A DNA stretch of 63,993 nucleotides, filler included, from Octopus bimaculoides (Eukaryota): assembly GCF_001194135.2 (NCBI RefSeq). It is 6 parts of 6 records of this genome, joined end to end, with 100 filler letters (N's around TTAATTAATTAA, not from the genome) between each part and the next. Parts side by side here need not be neighbours in the genome. Positions count along the whole stretch, not along the records: positions 1 to 17,869 come from NC_068993.1; 5 more parts are not named here. One strand, written 5' to 3'. The position numbers and the translations under genes are program-made. The notes below the pieces were generated by a model. The model had not been told where the DNA came from. It saw nothing but the letters and a program-made list of their open reading frames with translations, and ran no database searches. Of this stretch, positions 1 to 12,059 are shown in pieces (position 1 is the stretch's first letter; each line of letters starts with the position of its first letter).

Positions 1-739
1 GTTTGGGTTGTAGTGGTGATGGTGGTTGTTATGGCTGTGTTGATCATAATAGTAGTTGTGGTGGTGGTTGTGTTGTTTGTGATAGCAGTGTCGGTTGTAG
101 TAGCGATGGTGGTACTGGTTTGGGTTGTGGTGGTACTGGTTTGGGTTGTGGTGGTTGTTATGGCTGTGTTGGTCGTAATGGTAGTTGTGGTGGTTGTTGT
201 GGTGGTTTCATAGGTGGTGGTTGTGTTGTTTGTGATAGAAGTGTCGGTTGTAGTAGCGGTAGTGGTACTGGTTTGGGTTGTAGTGGTGATGGTGGTTGTT
301 ATAGCTGTGTTGCTTGTGATCGTAGTGGTGGTGGTTGTGTTAGATGCAGTCATGGTTGTAGTAATGGTGATGTAGTAACTGTGTGACGATGGTAACAGCT
401 GCAGTGGCAGTGGTGCAATGGTTGCGGTGCTAGTTGCTAGTGGTGTTCGTGACACAATGGTCTGCCTCGATGAAAGTTGTGCTAATGTTGGTATTGTGAA
501 TGATGATTGTGATGCGGTGCTTGTAGTGGGGGTTGCAGTAGTTGTGGTGGTAGCAGTATGATGGCTGTAATGGTATAGCTTTGGTGATAATGGTGTAATG
601 GTAGTAGTTGCGGTTGTAGTGGTGGTGACATGGTGGATTATAGTTGTGGGATAGTAATAATGGTGGTTGTGGTTGCAGTGGTGGTGGTGGTGGGAGTAGA
701 GATAGTGGTAGTGGAGGTAGTGGTGGTGGTGGTGGTGAT
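1..739. repeat. GTG/GTT trinucleotide-derived low-complexity tract with a 117-132 bp higher-order repeat
   Basis: The anchor gtttgggttgt recurs at 1, 118, 139 and 271, and tgtgttgtttgtgatag.agtgtcggttgtagtagc recurs. Confidence 0.8.
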
Positions 740-1726
740 NNNNNNNNNNNNNNNNNNNNNNNNNNNNNNNNNNNNNNNNNNNNNNNNNNNNNNNNNNNNN
801 NNNNNNNNNNNNNNNNNNNNNNNNNNNNNNNNNNNNNNNNNNNNNNNNNNNNNNNNNNNNNNNNNNNNNNNNNNNNNNNNNNNNNNNNNNNNNNNNNNNN
901 NNNNNNNNNNNNNNNNNNNNNNNNNNNNNNNNNNNNNNNNNNNNNNNNNNNNNNNNNNNNNNNNNNNNNNNNNNNNNNNNNNNNNNNNNNNNNNNNNNNN
1001 NNNNNNNNNNNNNNNNNNNNNNNNNNNNNNNNNNNNNNNNNNNNNNNNNNNNNNNNNNNNNNNNNNNNNNNNNNNNNNNNNNNNNNNNNNNNNNNNNNNN
1101 NNNNNNNNNNNNNNNNNNNNNNNNNNNNNNNNNNNNNNNNNNNNNNNNNNNNNNNNNNNNNNNNNNNNNNNNNNNNNNNNNNNNNNNNNNNNNNNNNNNN
1201 NNNNNNNNNNNNNNNNNNNNNNNNNNNNNNNNNNNNNNNNNNNNNNNNNNNNNNNNNNNNNNNNNNNNNNNNNNNNNNNNNNNNNNNNNNNNNNNNNNNN
1301 NNNNNNNNNNNNNNNNNNNNNNNNNNNNNNNNNNNNNNNNNNNNNNNNNNNNNNNNNNNNNNNNNNNNNNNNNNNNNNNNNNNNNNNNNNNNNNNNNNNN
1401 NNNNNNNNNNNNNNNNNNNNNNNNNNNNNNNNNNNNNNNNNNNNNNNNNNNNNNNNNNNNNNNNNNNNNNNNNNNNNNNNNNNNNNNNNNNNNNNNNNNN
1501 NNNNNNNNNNNNNNNNNNNNNNNNNNNNNNNNNNNNNNNNNNNNNNNNNNNNNNNNNNNNNNNNNNNNNNNNNNNNNNNNNNNNNNNNNNNNNNNNNNNN
1601 NNNNNNNNNNNNNNNNNNNNNNNNNNNNNNNNNNNNNNNNNNNNNNNNNNNNNNNNNNNNNNNNNNNNNNNNNNNNNNNNNNNNNNNNNNATATATATAT
1701 ATATATATTCATGTGTAAAACTTGGC

Positions 1727-1784
<58 letters not shown>

Positions 1785-3154
1785 CACACATATTCTACAT
1801 TCAAACGATATAGCTTTATATCTGTGTTAGAACCCATCTCCTTCCTCAGAAGATTTTAAATAATTAACAACATACTCGTGCATGCATACATACATACATA
1901 CATACATACATACATACATACATACATACATACATACATACATTGAACCTAGAAATAACCGGTTTCTCGGGGGAAAAAAAGCAAAAGAAACGGTCGCGGA
2001 TTTTCCAAATCCAATCTATTTGAGGCACAATGAAGATTTGTAAGATATTCCAGGCGTTGTCTACGTGATATTATTATGTGGATAGAGGCACACAGTTTGG
2101 GTGTATAGATCGACAGCTCAACCAACACACCAATTCAACCACATATTCACAAACACCGGGAACTCTCTTAACTCTCGCTTTGATAGCGAGCGGCTTAAAC
2201 TTTCTCGAGAACTGAAATAATACTCAAACACAAATCATTCATACATGTAATTATATAGACAAACGTCCCAGAGTAGCATTCTGCTCATCGAACATACAGG
2301 TCAATGGAGCCTAATATAATGTTGTATGTTTCCACCTCTTGAAAAAGAGAAAATAAAGCGTTAATAAAAATTCGTGTAAAGAACAGCAAGGGACACAACT
2401 TCAAAATCAAAGTGGCTGACATTTCAGTCTAATTGTCTATTTCAGAGTCGCTTCCCTTGCAAAGTAATGCTTATCTTTGAAGATCATGAATTTTCTTTTC
2501 AAAAATTAATATCAATTGTTTAAACAATGTTTGGGTCATTATATCAAGTATGGTAATGTGTATCTATCCATCCATCCATCCATCCATCCATCCATCCATC
2601 CATCCATCCATTCGTCTATCCGTCCTTCCGTTTGTGTGTATATATATGTATGTGCGCGTGTGTTGTGTCTACGTGTATATATACATATATAGAGGCCTAT
2701 GCAAATACAACCATGCATGCGTGCATATATATGTGTATGTATGTATGCATGTATGTATGTATGTATGTATGTATGTATGTCATTATTCAGATGTATTTCA
2801 ATATTTCTTGCCAATAGAAAAGGAGCCGGTTTCTAACCCAGATCTTTCAGAACAAAGCACTTCGTTTCACAATGCTCCAGTCCACTCACCTGTAAATAGG
2901 TGACCCTACGACAGACTGGACTCCCGATCAGGGGAGATGTTAGCCTGCTGGCCTAGTCAGCGAGGTGGCATCAATCGAAAGCGAAAACGGCGCAAAGCGC
3001 ATTGTGACCAGCGATGTATAACAAAATCTAGTATTCTAGTCGATCACGGAATCATGTAATACAAGCACACACACGCACACATACATTCACACACACACAA
3101 ACATACACATATATATGTATACAACCACTTCTCCTACTGACGTTGGTTTTAAGC

Positions 3155-3199
<45 letters not shown>

Positions 3200-3800
3200 C
3201 GAGTATTTTTGTTCTTTACAGGCAGATGGTACTCTTGAAAGGACTTTATAGAGTTGTGTCGTGAGAACGAACGTCCAAGCTGCACAAACAACCGGCTGCA
3301 TTGCTCAGATATTCCTCCTCACGGTCACCACGACCACCCATGCTCATCCGGCACCGTCTTACGAAATCCGTCTGCTACAAGTTTGACAAACGACTCAGAA
3401 CGTAAACATTTGTGACTCACGTGAAGAGAAGCAGAAACTTAAACCGAATTTGTGGACACAAGAAAGAAAATAGGACAGTTTTTTGTACAACCGGAAGCAG
3501 TGCTAATCTATTTGTGGGTCCGTTTGAGCCATGTGCTCATACATGTAATAAAAACACACACACACACACAATCACGAACGCATATATATACACGCTTGTA
3601 AAAGCTATGAAAATTTAATTTTGCTTTTACCACCTAATGTGAATGTCTTCATTTCCAAAAGTGGCCCTCTCTACTGGCAAAAATAACTCTGTTTACTACC
3701 AAAAAATGACTTTCATTAGCGCCGCCCAAAGTGACACACTTTGCCACCTAAAGTGAATATCTTCATCAATAAACGTCATGATTCTGGGTGATTGTCTTCA

Positions 3801-3875
3801 ATGCGAAACGTTATGAAAATGGGAGACTCAGGCGATTTCTTGCAGAGATTGTTGGAGAACAGTAGAGTGGTTAAG
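3801..3875 (+). CDS. Probable first coding exon of the small heat-shock protein gene (MRNVMKMGDSGDFLQRLLENSRVVK)
   Basis: ATG at 3801 with an in-frame TGA upstream at 3789-3791. The frame is open for 25 codons and ends at a consensus donor AAG|GTAAGT (3876) in phase 0, matching the phase-0 acceptor at 10154. The link to exon 2 across a 6.3 kb intron is inference. Confidence 0.5.
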
Positions 3876-4914
3876 GTAAGTATGACTATTTTGGGACTAT
3901 TTCACTGGCGACAATAAACTGCCAGCGGTCAGCAGTGTGGTCATATTGCCCATAAACTGTAGCACTAAGTTGACAGAATAATCGTATAATACACCATACA
4001 GCTTAGGGAATTGCTCTTTTAGCTTTTAGCTTTTAGCTTTTACTTGCTTCAGCTGTTGGACTGTGCAGCCATACTGGGGCACCGCCTTGAAGAGTTTTAG
4101 TCGAAGAGGTCGCACCCCAGTACTTGTTTGGTATTTATTTTGTCCATTTTCTTTACCGGGAACGTAAGCAAACTAGCATTGGTTCTCAGGCAGCATTTCG
4201 TCTGGCTGCACGTCCTGAGTTCGAATTCCGTTAAGGTCAACTTTGTCTTTCATCCTTTCGGGGTCGATGATTTAAGTACCAGTGAAACGCTTGGGTCAAT
4301 GTGTTCGACTAGTCTTCTCCATCAAAGATTTCAAACCTTGTGCCTTTAGCAGAAAGGGTTATTATTAATTCAAAATTATCCAGGAACCCTACATGGTTAA
4401 AGGTAATATATTAGGAATAATCCAATGGATTTATATATTAACCGTTGAATAACCTGTGTTTAATACCTAACTGTGAGCAAACCAGTAAACCAGCAAACGT
4501 CTGGAGAAATCACTTACTAATTTTCAACATATACATATATGTATATATATGTGTGTGCACGTACATACACACACACACACATGTATATATACTACCAGCT
4601 GGTTCTTAACCACACAGCCATTTCATTAATGCAAACATAGTTTGCTGTGAAAATTATTTATTGTATAAAACACATTAATAAAAACCAAAATAAAACTATA
4701 TTTTCAATAGAATTTTCTTCTATAATTAACAAAATTATCTTTGAAAATGTACAGAGACCTGAAACAGTTAACCTAATGAGCTAATACATTAGATTTCTTC
4801 CGGGAATTGAACATGCGATCGTCTAATTATTGATAGCATGACATATTTACTTTATATCACTACTTGCAGAAAATATCTTCAGAGCCACAATAAGTGTATC
4901 CAGAAGCAGAACAT

Positions 4915-4961
<47 letters not shown>

Positions 4962-6333
4962 NNNNNNNNNNNNNNNNNNNNNNNNNNNNNNNNNNNNNNN
5001 NNNNNNNNNNNNNNNNNNNNNNNNNNNNNNNNNNNNNNNNNNNNNNNNNNNNNNNNNNNNNNNNNNNNNNNNNNNNNNNNNNNNNNNNNNNNNNNNNNNN
5101 NNNNNNNNNNNNNNNNNNNNNNNNNNNNNNNNNNNNNNNNNNNNNNNNNNNNNNNNNNNNNTTTTTTTTTTTTTTTTTTGGTATTTGTCTCGCGTCCTTC
5201 TTCGCTCGTTTATACTCCGCAGCTATCTCTGTTGGCACTACCAATTTGAAAAATGTCGATAAGACGTCGAAATTGTGCTGATTTTTAGTCGATAACTGAT
5301 GAGGGGCGAGCGTGTCCACAGCCTGTGTGTGTTTTCCCTTCCCCTGTTTTCCATATGTCCATTCGACGTCCTCCCCTACCACATTTTACTAGTTTCTGGT
5401 TAGTCCACAATACTGCATAAGGGCCAATTTCCTGGTTTCTCTGGCCTATATATTTCCCCACTGAACAAGACGCTGCTCGGTCACCGAATTATCTTTTTTG
5501 CCAGCCAAGTGGACTGGAACATCATGAAATGAAGTGTTTTTCACAAGAACACAACGCATCGCCCGGTCAAGGAATCGAAACCACAATCTTACGATCATGA
5601 CTGCAGCATCCCAATGACTAACCCATGTGCCTCCACCTTTACTGGCTTCTCCGAGGTTTCATTTATTTCCATGGCTACGTTTCCACAAAGGCGTTCTTGA
5701 TACTTTCCTTTAGTTACTGACAGGCAGCAAAGATAATTACACTATGAATAATTGAAACAGAACAAGCCTGGGCTTGAGCAGTTGGGTGCAAAGTTAGCGT
5801 TGCATATTAATGAATTCGAACCTCGACAACCAGATTCCAATTACCATGTTTATATGACTTCAATCACCAGCATATCAGGAATCCAATCTCCAATGTTTAG
5901 TTTTATTACTTTACAGGATCCATCCTCTCATGGCAATAATTACCATTCCTAAGAAGTTAGCAGCATATTTAATCTTCATCATTGATGTCCGTTGTTTGGA
6001 CACAATTTCCGATATTACTTCATTTTTTATTACTCATTCAACACAGATTAATCTATCTCTCTCTATCTCCCCGTCTCTCTCTTATTTTCTATCTATCTAT
6101 CTATATTTGATTTCTGTTCTCCATCTTACACAGACACAGGTGCACACGCACATATGTATGCACACGCGCACGCGCAAACACTCACACACATGCGCGCACA
6201 CAAAGACATACAAACACACTCATGCTCGTAGAGAATGGAACAAAGGTAGAAGGAAGAGAATAAACTATTGAAGTTGAGATAAAGTGAGGGAAAGCAGAAA
6301 GCAGAGAGCGAGAGAGAGAGAACAAGACAATGG

Positions 6334-6382
<49 letters not shown>

Positions 6383-7073
6383 GAAGACAAATAACTAATC
6401 AAGGAGACTAATAGAGAAATAGGCGGAGGAGACGGCAGAGTCATTAGAGCACTGAAGAAAATGCCTTGTAGCATTTCCTTATGACTCTTTACGTTCTGAG
6501 TTCAATTCCAACCAAGATAAACTTTCCCCGGATCTTTTCTACTCTAGGCATAAGGCCTATGAAACTTTTGGGGACGGGGCCAGTCGGTTNNNNNNNNNNN
6601 NNNNNNNNNNNNNNNNNNNNNNNNNNNNNNNNNNNNNNNNNNNNNNNNNNNNNNNNNNNNNNNNNNNNNNNNNNNNNNNNNNNNNNNNNNNNNNNNNNNN
6701 NNNNNNNNNNNNNNNNNNNNNNNNNNNNNNNNNNNNNNNNNNNNNNNNNNNNNNNNNNNNNNNNNNNNNNNNNNNNNNNNNNNNNNNNNNNNNNNNNNNN
6801 NNNNNNNNNNNNNNNNNNNNNNNNNNNNNNNNNNNNNNNNNNNNNNNNNNNNNNNNNNNNNNNNNNNNNNNNNNNNNNNNNNNNNNNNNNNNNNNNNNNN
6901 NNNNNNNNNNNNNNNNNNNNNNNNNNNNNNNNNNNNNNNNNNNNNNNNNNNNNNNNNNNNNNNNNNNNNNNNNNNNNNNNNNNNNNNNNNNNNNNNNNNN
7001 NNNNNNNNNNNNNNNNNNNNNNNNNNNNNNNNNNNNNNNNNNNNNNNNNNNNNNNNNNNNNNNNNNNNNNNNN

Positions 7074-7129
<56 letters not shown>

Positions 7130-7792
7130 AATCTATCTGTCTATCTATCTATCTATCTATCTATCTAAAAATATTATCGGTCGCATATACATAATTTACG
7201 TGTTTTGTTTATACGCCAATTTGCTGCGGGAGAGCGTCCTAGGGAAAATTCCTATACTATGCTGAGTGTTTAAGAACACTGAATATCGCAGAACAAGCGA
7301 GACAATTCACTCGAAGGGGGAAGGAAAACGATAGCTGTCGATATTTCGTTACATTTCATCCCATCGGTATCGGCTGGAAACGAAATGAATCGCTGCCCTG
7401 AGACATATATACAAATCATGTAAAGTGTATTTGCTGATGTACTGTGGCGAGGCACGAGTGAAATAGAATTAAATTTCGAATTAGGAGCGGCTTTAACAAT
7501 GGTTTCAAACTTTGGCACAAGGCCAGCAATTACGGATTGGAGAGCAAGTCGATTACATTGGCACCCAACGATCAGCTGGTGCTTATTTTAAAGGCCTCGA
7601 AAGGATGAATGGCCAAGTCGACGTCGGCGGAATTTGAACTCAGAAGAAAGTAGCTTTAATAATGGAAACATGCGTGTGAGTGTGTAGCCGATAATACGTA
7701 TACATACATACGTATGTATGCATGTATGTATGTATGTATGTATGTGTGTGTGTATGTGTGTGCATGTATATACATACACACACATACACACA

Positions 7793-7859
<67 letters not shown>

Positions 7860-7861
<2 letters not shown>

Positions 7862-8055
7862 AATCCCCAAAAAGAAGAACAAACACGAAAAACACAACGT
7901 GAAGACGTGGAACATGTAAAGTATTAGAAGACACACAGGGACGGAAAGAAAGATGGTTTAACGTTTCGAGCTGGCGCTCTTCTTCAGAAACAGAGGCAAG
8001 TCCAATAGAAAGGAAGACAGAGGAAGAAAATCGCCAACGATTCACATGTAGTTCG
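7860..8055 (-). mobile_element. Penelope-like terminal-repeat fragment carrying the hammerhead motif
   Basis: About 200 bp, pyrimidine-rich on the minus strand, bounded by (TA)n and (TATG)n tracts and centred on the hammerhead. Shares gtccaa...agaaagga with the 18640-18810 segment. The family assignment is inference. Confidence 0.45.
7956..7991 (-). ncRNA. Minimal type-I hammerhead ribozyme motif
   Basis: Minus strand reads GUUU-CUGAAGA-A-GAGC-GCCA-GCUC-GAAA-CG-UU-AAAC: conserved core CUGANGA...GAAA, stem II GAGC/GCUC, palindromic stem III ACGU and stem I GUUU/AAAC. Confidence 0.75.
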
Positions 8056-8569
8056 TATGTATGTATGTATGTATAGTATAAAATAAATGCTCGAGGGACT
8101 GAACTTGAAATCACGTGCTTACAGCGCGAACTTCTCAACCAGACAGCCATACCTGTGCCTATGTTACCGATGGCATCGACTAATCTCTTCTCCTCAAAAC
8201 TGCTGGCCTTAGGATTAAACTAGAAACAACAGCGACGCCGTCTCCGACGATGACGATGATGATGATGATGATGAATCTAAGTGAAATAAATGAGCAATCT
8301 CCGACTGGTGAGTTAACCTAATTACTGAGATTAACATTGCAATTTAGCTTTTCTAACAATTTATTAATTGCCGAAGCAATCCAGATAAATCAAATTTTTC
8401 TAATCTCGTTCTGTCTCGACTAATAATCCACTGATTTCTGAAATAACCGAAGTTAGATCAATATGGAGGATTAGAGGCGGGAGAGAAGTGGGATAGCAGT
8501 GCCAACAGATAAGGGAAAAGATATGTGTGTGTGTGTGTGTGGTGGCACATGACCTAGTGGTTGGGGAGG

Positions 8570-8874
8570 TGTTACGAAGACGAGTGTTCCAGTTGATCCG
8601 ATCAACGAAACAGCCTGCTCGTGAGATTAACATCCAGGTGGCTGAGTTCCCCACAAACGAGTGAATCCTTATCGTAGTTCTCAGGGAGATTCAACGCGTC
8701 AGAATGTGACAAGGCTGGCCGTTTGAATTACAGGTACAACCCATTTTTGTCAGATGAAAGGACTGGAGCGCCATGAAATAACGTGACTTACTCAAAGACA
8801 TAACGCGCCGCCGGGAATCGAACTCACGATCATACGATCGTGAGCCGATTACCCTGACCACTAAACCACGTGCC
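8570..8874 (-). mobile_element. tRNA-derived SINE (family A-related) in sHSP intron 1
   Basis: The reverse complement gives a tRNA-like head (GGCACGTGGTTTAGTGG...GAGTTCGATTCCC) and a 3' body matching 21170-21310 (gttgatcggatcaactgg). Confidence 0.8.
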
Positions 8875-9299
8875 TTCATACATACACATGCAAATATATA
8901 TATGCATATATATGTACATATATATGTGTGAATGCATATATATGTGCGCGCGCGTGTGTATACACACACACAGACACACACATAGACATATATAGAGAGA
9001 GAGCGAGAGGAAGAGAGAAAAAGCCATCTGTGTATCACTTAATGCAGATGCATGGCGAAAAGGCAAATTAATTGTGGAATTCGTTCGGGTATAATTTTTC
9101 TTATGGACGTACTGTATTTAAAAACACAAAATATATATCAGTAACAGGCGAAAATCGTCCGGTAACGGTGGTAAGAACGCCAAGTACAGATTTATGCTTC
9201 TTAAGGATTTATCAATAGCATGTACCCACCGCCAACCGTATGCTAAGATAAAATCCGTCGCCACTGATATAAGAAACCAATGATTGGGAAAATTCCTCT

Positions 9300-9670
9300 C
9301 CTTTCGGTGCCGTGGCCAGAATGTAGGCCATGGGCGATCGTGTCCTGCCACAATTCTCTGTTCTTTGTTTTCTGTAACAGTTCCACTTCCTGACGTTTAA
9401 TATTTCTTTATTCCAACCAATTTATCAAGCTTGGCATCCATATCATCTTTTCCATTTCTCTTCTTCTTATCTTTCAATCATTCTGTCATCGATAAAATCC
9501 TCCAGGCCCTCTTTCTTCATCACATGATCAAGAAATCTTAGATGCTCGGCTCTTATCTCCTATTAATTGCAGTCCAGGCAATCACTTCTTCACTAGACAC
9601 TTTGTCAGTCCATGACATCCTCAATATTCTCCCAAACAACCTAATTTCACAGCTCTCCAAGAAACTTCCC
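9300..9670 (-). mobile_element. RTE-clade LINE 3' end fragment in sHSP intron 1
   Basis: Frameshifted minus-strand translation LESCEIRLFGRILRMSWTDKVSSEEV / IRAEHLRFLDHVMKKEGLE / ELLQKTKNRELWQDTIAH resembles the RTE C-terminus (ISWTDKVTNEEVL...LKFLGHVMRKEGLE...DRELW). Confidence 0.8.
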
Positions 9671-10153
9671 ATTTTTCAATGAAAATCACTGGTGTTGCCT
9701 TTAGACGTGTGACTGAATAAAAATTCATTATATGGTTGGCAATCGGTACAAACTACTGACAAAGCCTAGTGAGATGGAAATGTGCCTCTAACAGACTCAC
9801 CACCGCTACTCCCGGACGATTATCGTCAACTATTTATATATTCTTGCTTCTTTAAACACAGTACGTTCATAAGAGTTAGTATCCCCAGACAAATACCGCA
9901 ATTAATTTGCATTGTTACCATGTATCTATATTAGGCTTCGCAAGGTTTAAATGTTCAAGACACACTGCATACCACGTTGGTGCCCCAAGGACTATCAAAA
10001 AGTGAGGGAGCAAGAAAGGATATTAGTACTAACTTGATTATACATGTACGTAATTTGCTATTAATCAACTAATGACCCTAATCAAAATTCACACTAATTA
10101 CTGTTACCATGACAACAACAGTATATTGCTAATATGTCTTTCATGTATTTCAG

Positions 10154-10330
10154 ATGAAGTATAATCGGGATGTTTTTGAGGTCAAACTGGACGTGGAGAA
10201 TTACGAACCTGAAGATCTATGTGTAAAAGTTCAGGACGAACATTTAATAGTGTCAGGAAAACATGAGAGCAAACGAGAGGATCTTGGTTGTGTGGCTCGC
10301 CAATTCACACGCCAGTTTCTAATGCCTGAG
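10154..10330 (+). CDS. Small heat-shock protein (alpha-crystallin/Hsp20 family), internal exon
   Basis: Acceptor tatttcag| at 10153 and donor GAG|gtaagg at 10331. Encodes MKYNRDVFEVKLDVENYEPEDLCVKVQDEHLIVSGKHESKREDLGCVARQFTRQFLMPE, which matches the alpha-crystallin domain pattern (F.V.LDV..F/Y.PE.L.VKV....L.V.GKHE....G...R.F.R.F.LP). Confidence 0.92.
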
Positions 10331-10665
10331 GTAAGGTTCAGCTCTTCACCCTTCTTTGCTGAATTGTGCTTTATTTTTCTTATTTTTTTGCCAACAAACA
10401 ACATAAGTGTATCATTGGCCTGTCTAAAGATATCAACGATCATAGACATATTTAAGGGCCACAACGTACCGTACAGTTATATTAAAGTTCACAGCTGTAT
10501 CATTGCCCCGTCTAAAGGTCACAACGGTTTCCTTGATATGTCTGATGGTCACAAGTGTCCTGTAGACACCTCCGTGTAACTATGAGATTATTTATTATGT
10601 TGTTTTAATAATTGCCTGACTTTCTTTATGGATCTTTGATGTTACATAAGCTTTTTCTATTGCAG

Positions 10666-10899
10666 GATATTGATCCAGATACTCTGACTTCCAGTCTGTC
10701 CCCAGAAGGCATCCTAACAATCAACGGCCTGATCAAAAGAACATCGACCGACTGTAGCAGTTCAATAAACATTGACCATATGAATAATGTCAACGAATCG
10801 GATGAAAAAACAGACCGCAACAGTAACCGTAAAACGCAGCACAGGATTAACAACAACAATAAGAAAAACGAGAACACTTTAAGAGCGACACTATCTTAA
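10666..10899 (+). CDS. Small heat-shock protein, last coding exon
   Basis: Acceptor ctttttctattgcag| at 10665, in phase with exon 2. Encodes DIDPDTLTSSLSPEGILTINGL (cf. alphaB-crystallin [22 protein letters not shown]), an IXI-like motif INI and a polar tail. TAA stop at 10897-10899; ATTAAA at 10911-10916. Confidence 0.9.
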   Translation, partial: DIDPDTLTSSLSPEGILTINGLIKRTSTDCSSSINIDHMNNVNESDEKTDRNSNRKTQHRINNNNKKNENTLRATLS

Positions 10900-12059
10900 A
10901 TGTTGACGCCATTAAATTGCTTGGCGGGAAAGTAAAAGGGTAGTTTTACAGAGTTGGTATTCTATATTTACTCAGGGCTCGTCTGCGTCGTATAAATCAC
11001 TCAGTTTAATCAACTACTTAATCACCCAGTTAATACGCAGGATTAATCAAACAAGCAATCAGTCAATTAATCGAGGAATTAAATTAATCAATCAATCAAT
11101 CAATCATTCAATCAATCATATCAATCATATCAATCACATCTGATCAATCAATCATGCCAAACATATCAGGCTATCTATCACTCGATCAGTATTTATCTCA
11201 TGCATATATGATACACAGAATTAACTGTTTAACGTTATTCTAAAATCCAAATATATCGATCAATGGGTGATTATCTGAGCAGACTCCAAAGGGTGTCTCT
11301 CTCCCGGCTTCACCTTTTATTAGGATTCGGGCTGGGCACTGCGTGTCGACGAAACCGTCGTCGATTATACGACGCTCCCGCTGCTTGCAGCGGTGAATTG
11401 AGACTGCGCCTGTGCATGGTGCCTACTTAGAACTAGCAAAGACTGGAATGACAACAACGACAAAGACGAGGAGATGAAAGTCTCTGCGTCAGTAAAGGGG
11501 ACGCAAAACCGTGGCACAATGCGTCGGTAGCCTGGCAAGCAACCTACCAACAGTTTACAGAATATGAAATGGGTGAAAGCTAGAAAGACGAACACACACA
11601 CACACACACACACACACGTATGTATATATACATACATACTTACATACATACATACGTACATACATGCATACATACACGCATATATACATACATATATACA
11701 TAAATACATAAGTACGTACGTACATATATACACACACACACAGACGCATATACGCACACACGCATACATGCATACATATATATACATACGTACTTACATA
11801 CACACGTACATACATGCATTTATACATAAATACATAAGTACATACGTATATATACACACACACACACATTCAGCGACACACATGCACGCACGCACACACA
11901 TAAATAAAGAGAAAGAGTGAGGGAAAAAGATGGGGGAATAGAAAGAGGAATAGTAAACAGAAATAGAAATTGATCGGGATTGTTAATTGTATGTTTACTA
12001 GGTTACCGATTATTTCTTTGGCGACACAAAACAGGATTAGTAATAACTATAACACTGAA

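Noticed and set aside
2200-2212. TTCTCGAGAA as a heat-shock element for the sHSP gene
   Set aside because: Spacing is TTC-N4-GAA, not the alternating nGAAn pentamers, and it is 1.6 kb upstream. I did not spot a canonical three-unit HSE near 3801, but the scan was by eye.
2781-2903. [11 protein letters not shown] peptide as a possible sHSP upstream exon; a similar [11 protein letters not shown] occurs at about 15440-15490 (-)
   Set aside because: Both are copies of a (CATA)n-tailed repeat in opposite orientations, not paralogous exons.
5296-5330. CTGATGA as another hammerhead core (also near 33040, 44510, 44930, 45436 and 48196)
   Set aside because: No stem II closing onto a GAAA, so the motif is incomplete.
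10331-10579. 3' part of ORF 10154..10579 (141 aa)
   Set aside because: Read-through into intron 2: sHSP similarity stops at the GAG|gtaagg donor and resumes at 10666.
10612-10665. N-terminal MPDFLYGSLMLHKLFLLQ of ORF 10612..10899
   Set aside because: Intronic polypyrimidine tract and acceptor; the exon starts at 10666.
11365-11787. Minus-strand 140 aa ORF as an antisense gene
   Set aside because: The first half is microsatellite and the remainder has no recognisable domain; kept only as part of the structured-island finding.
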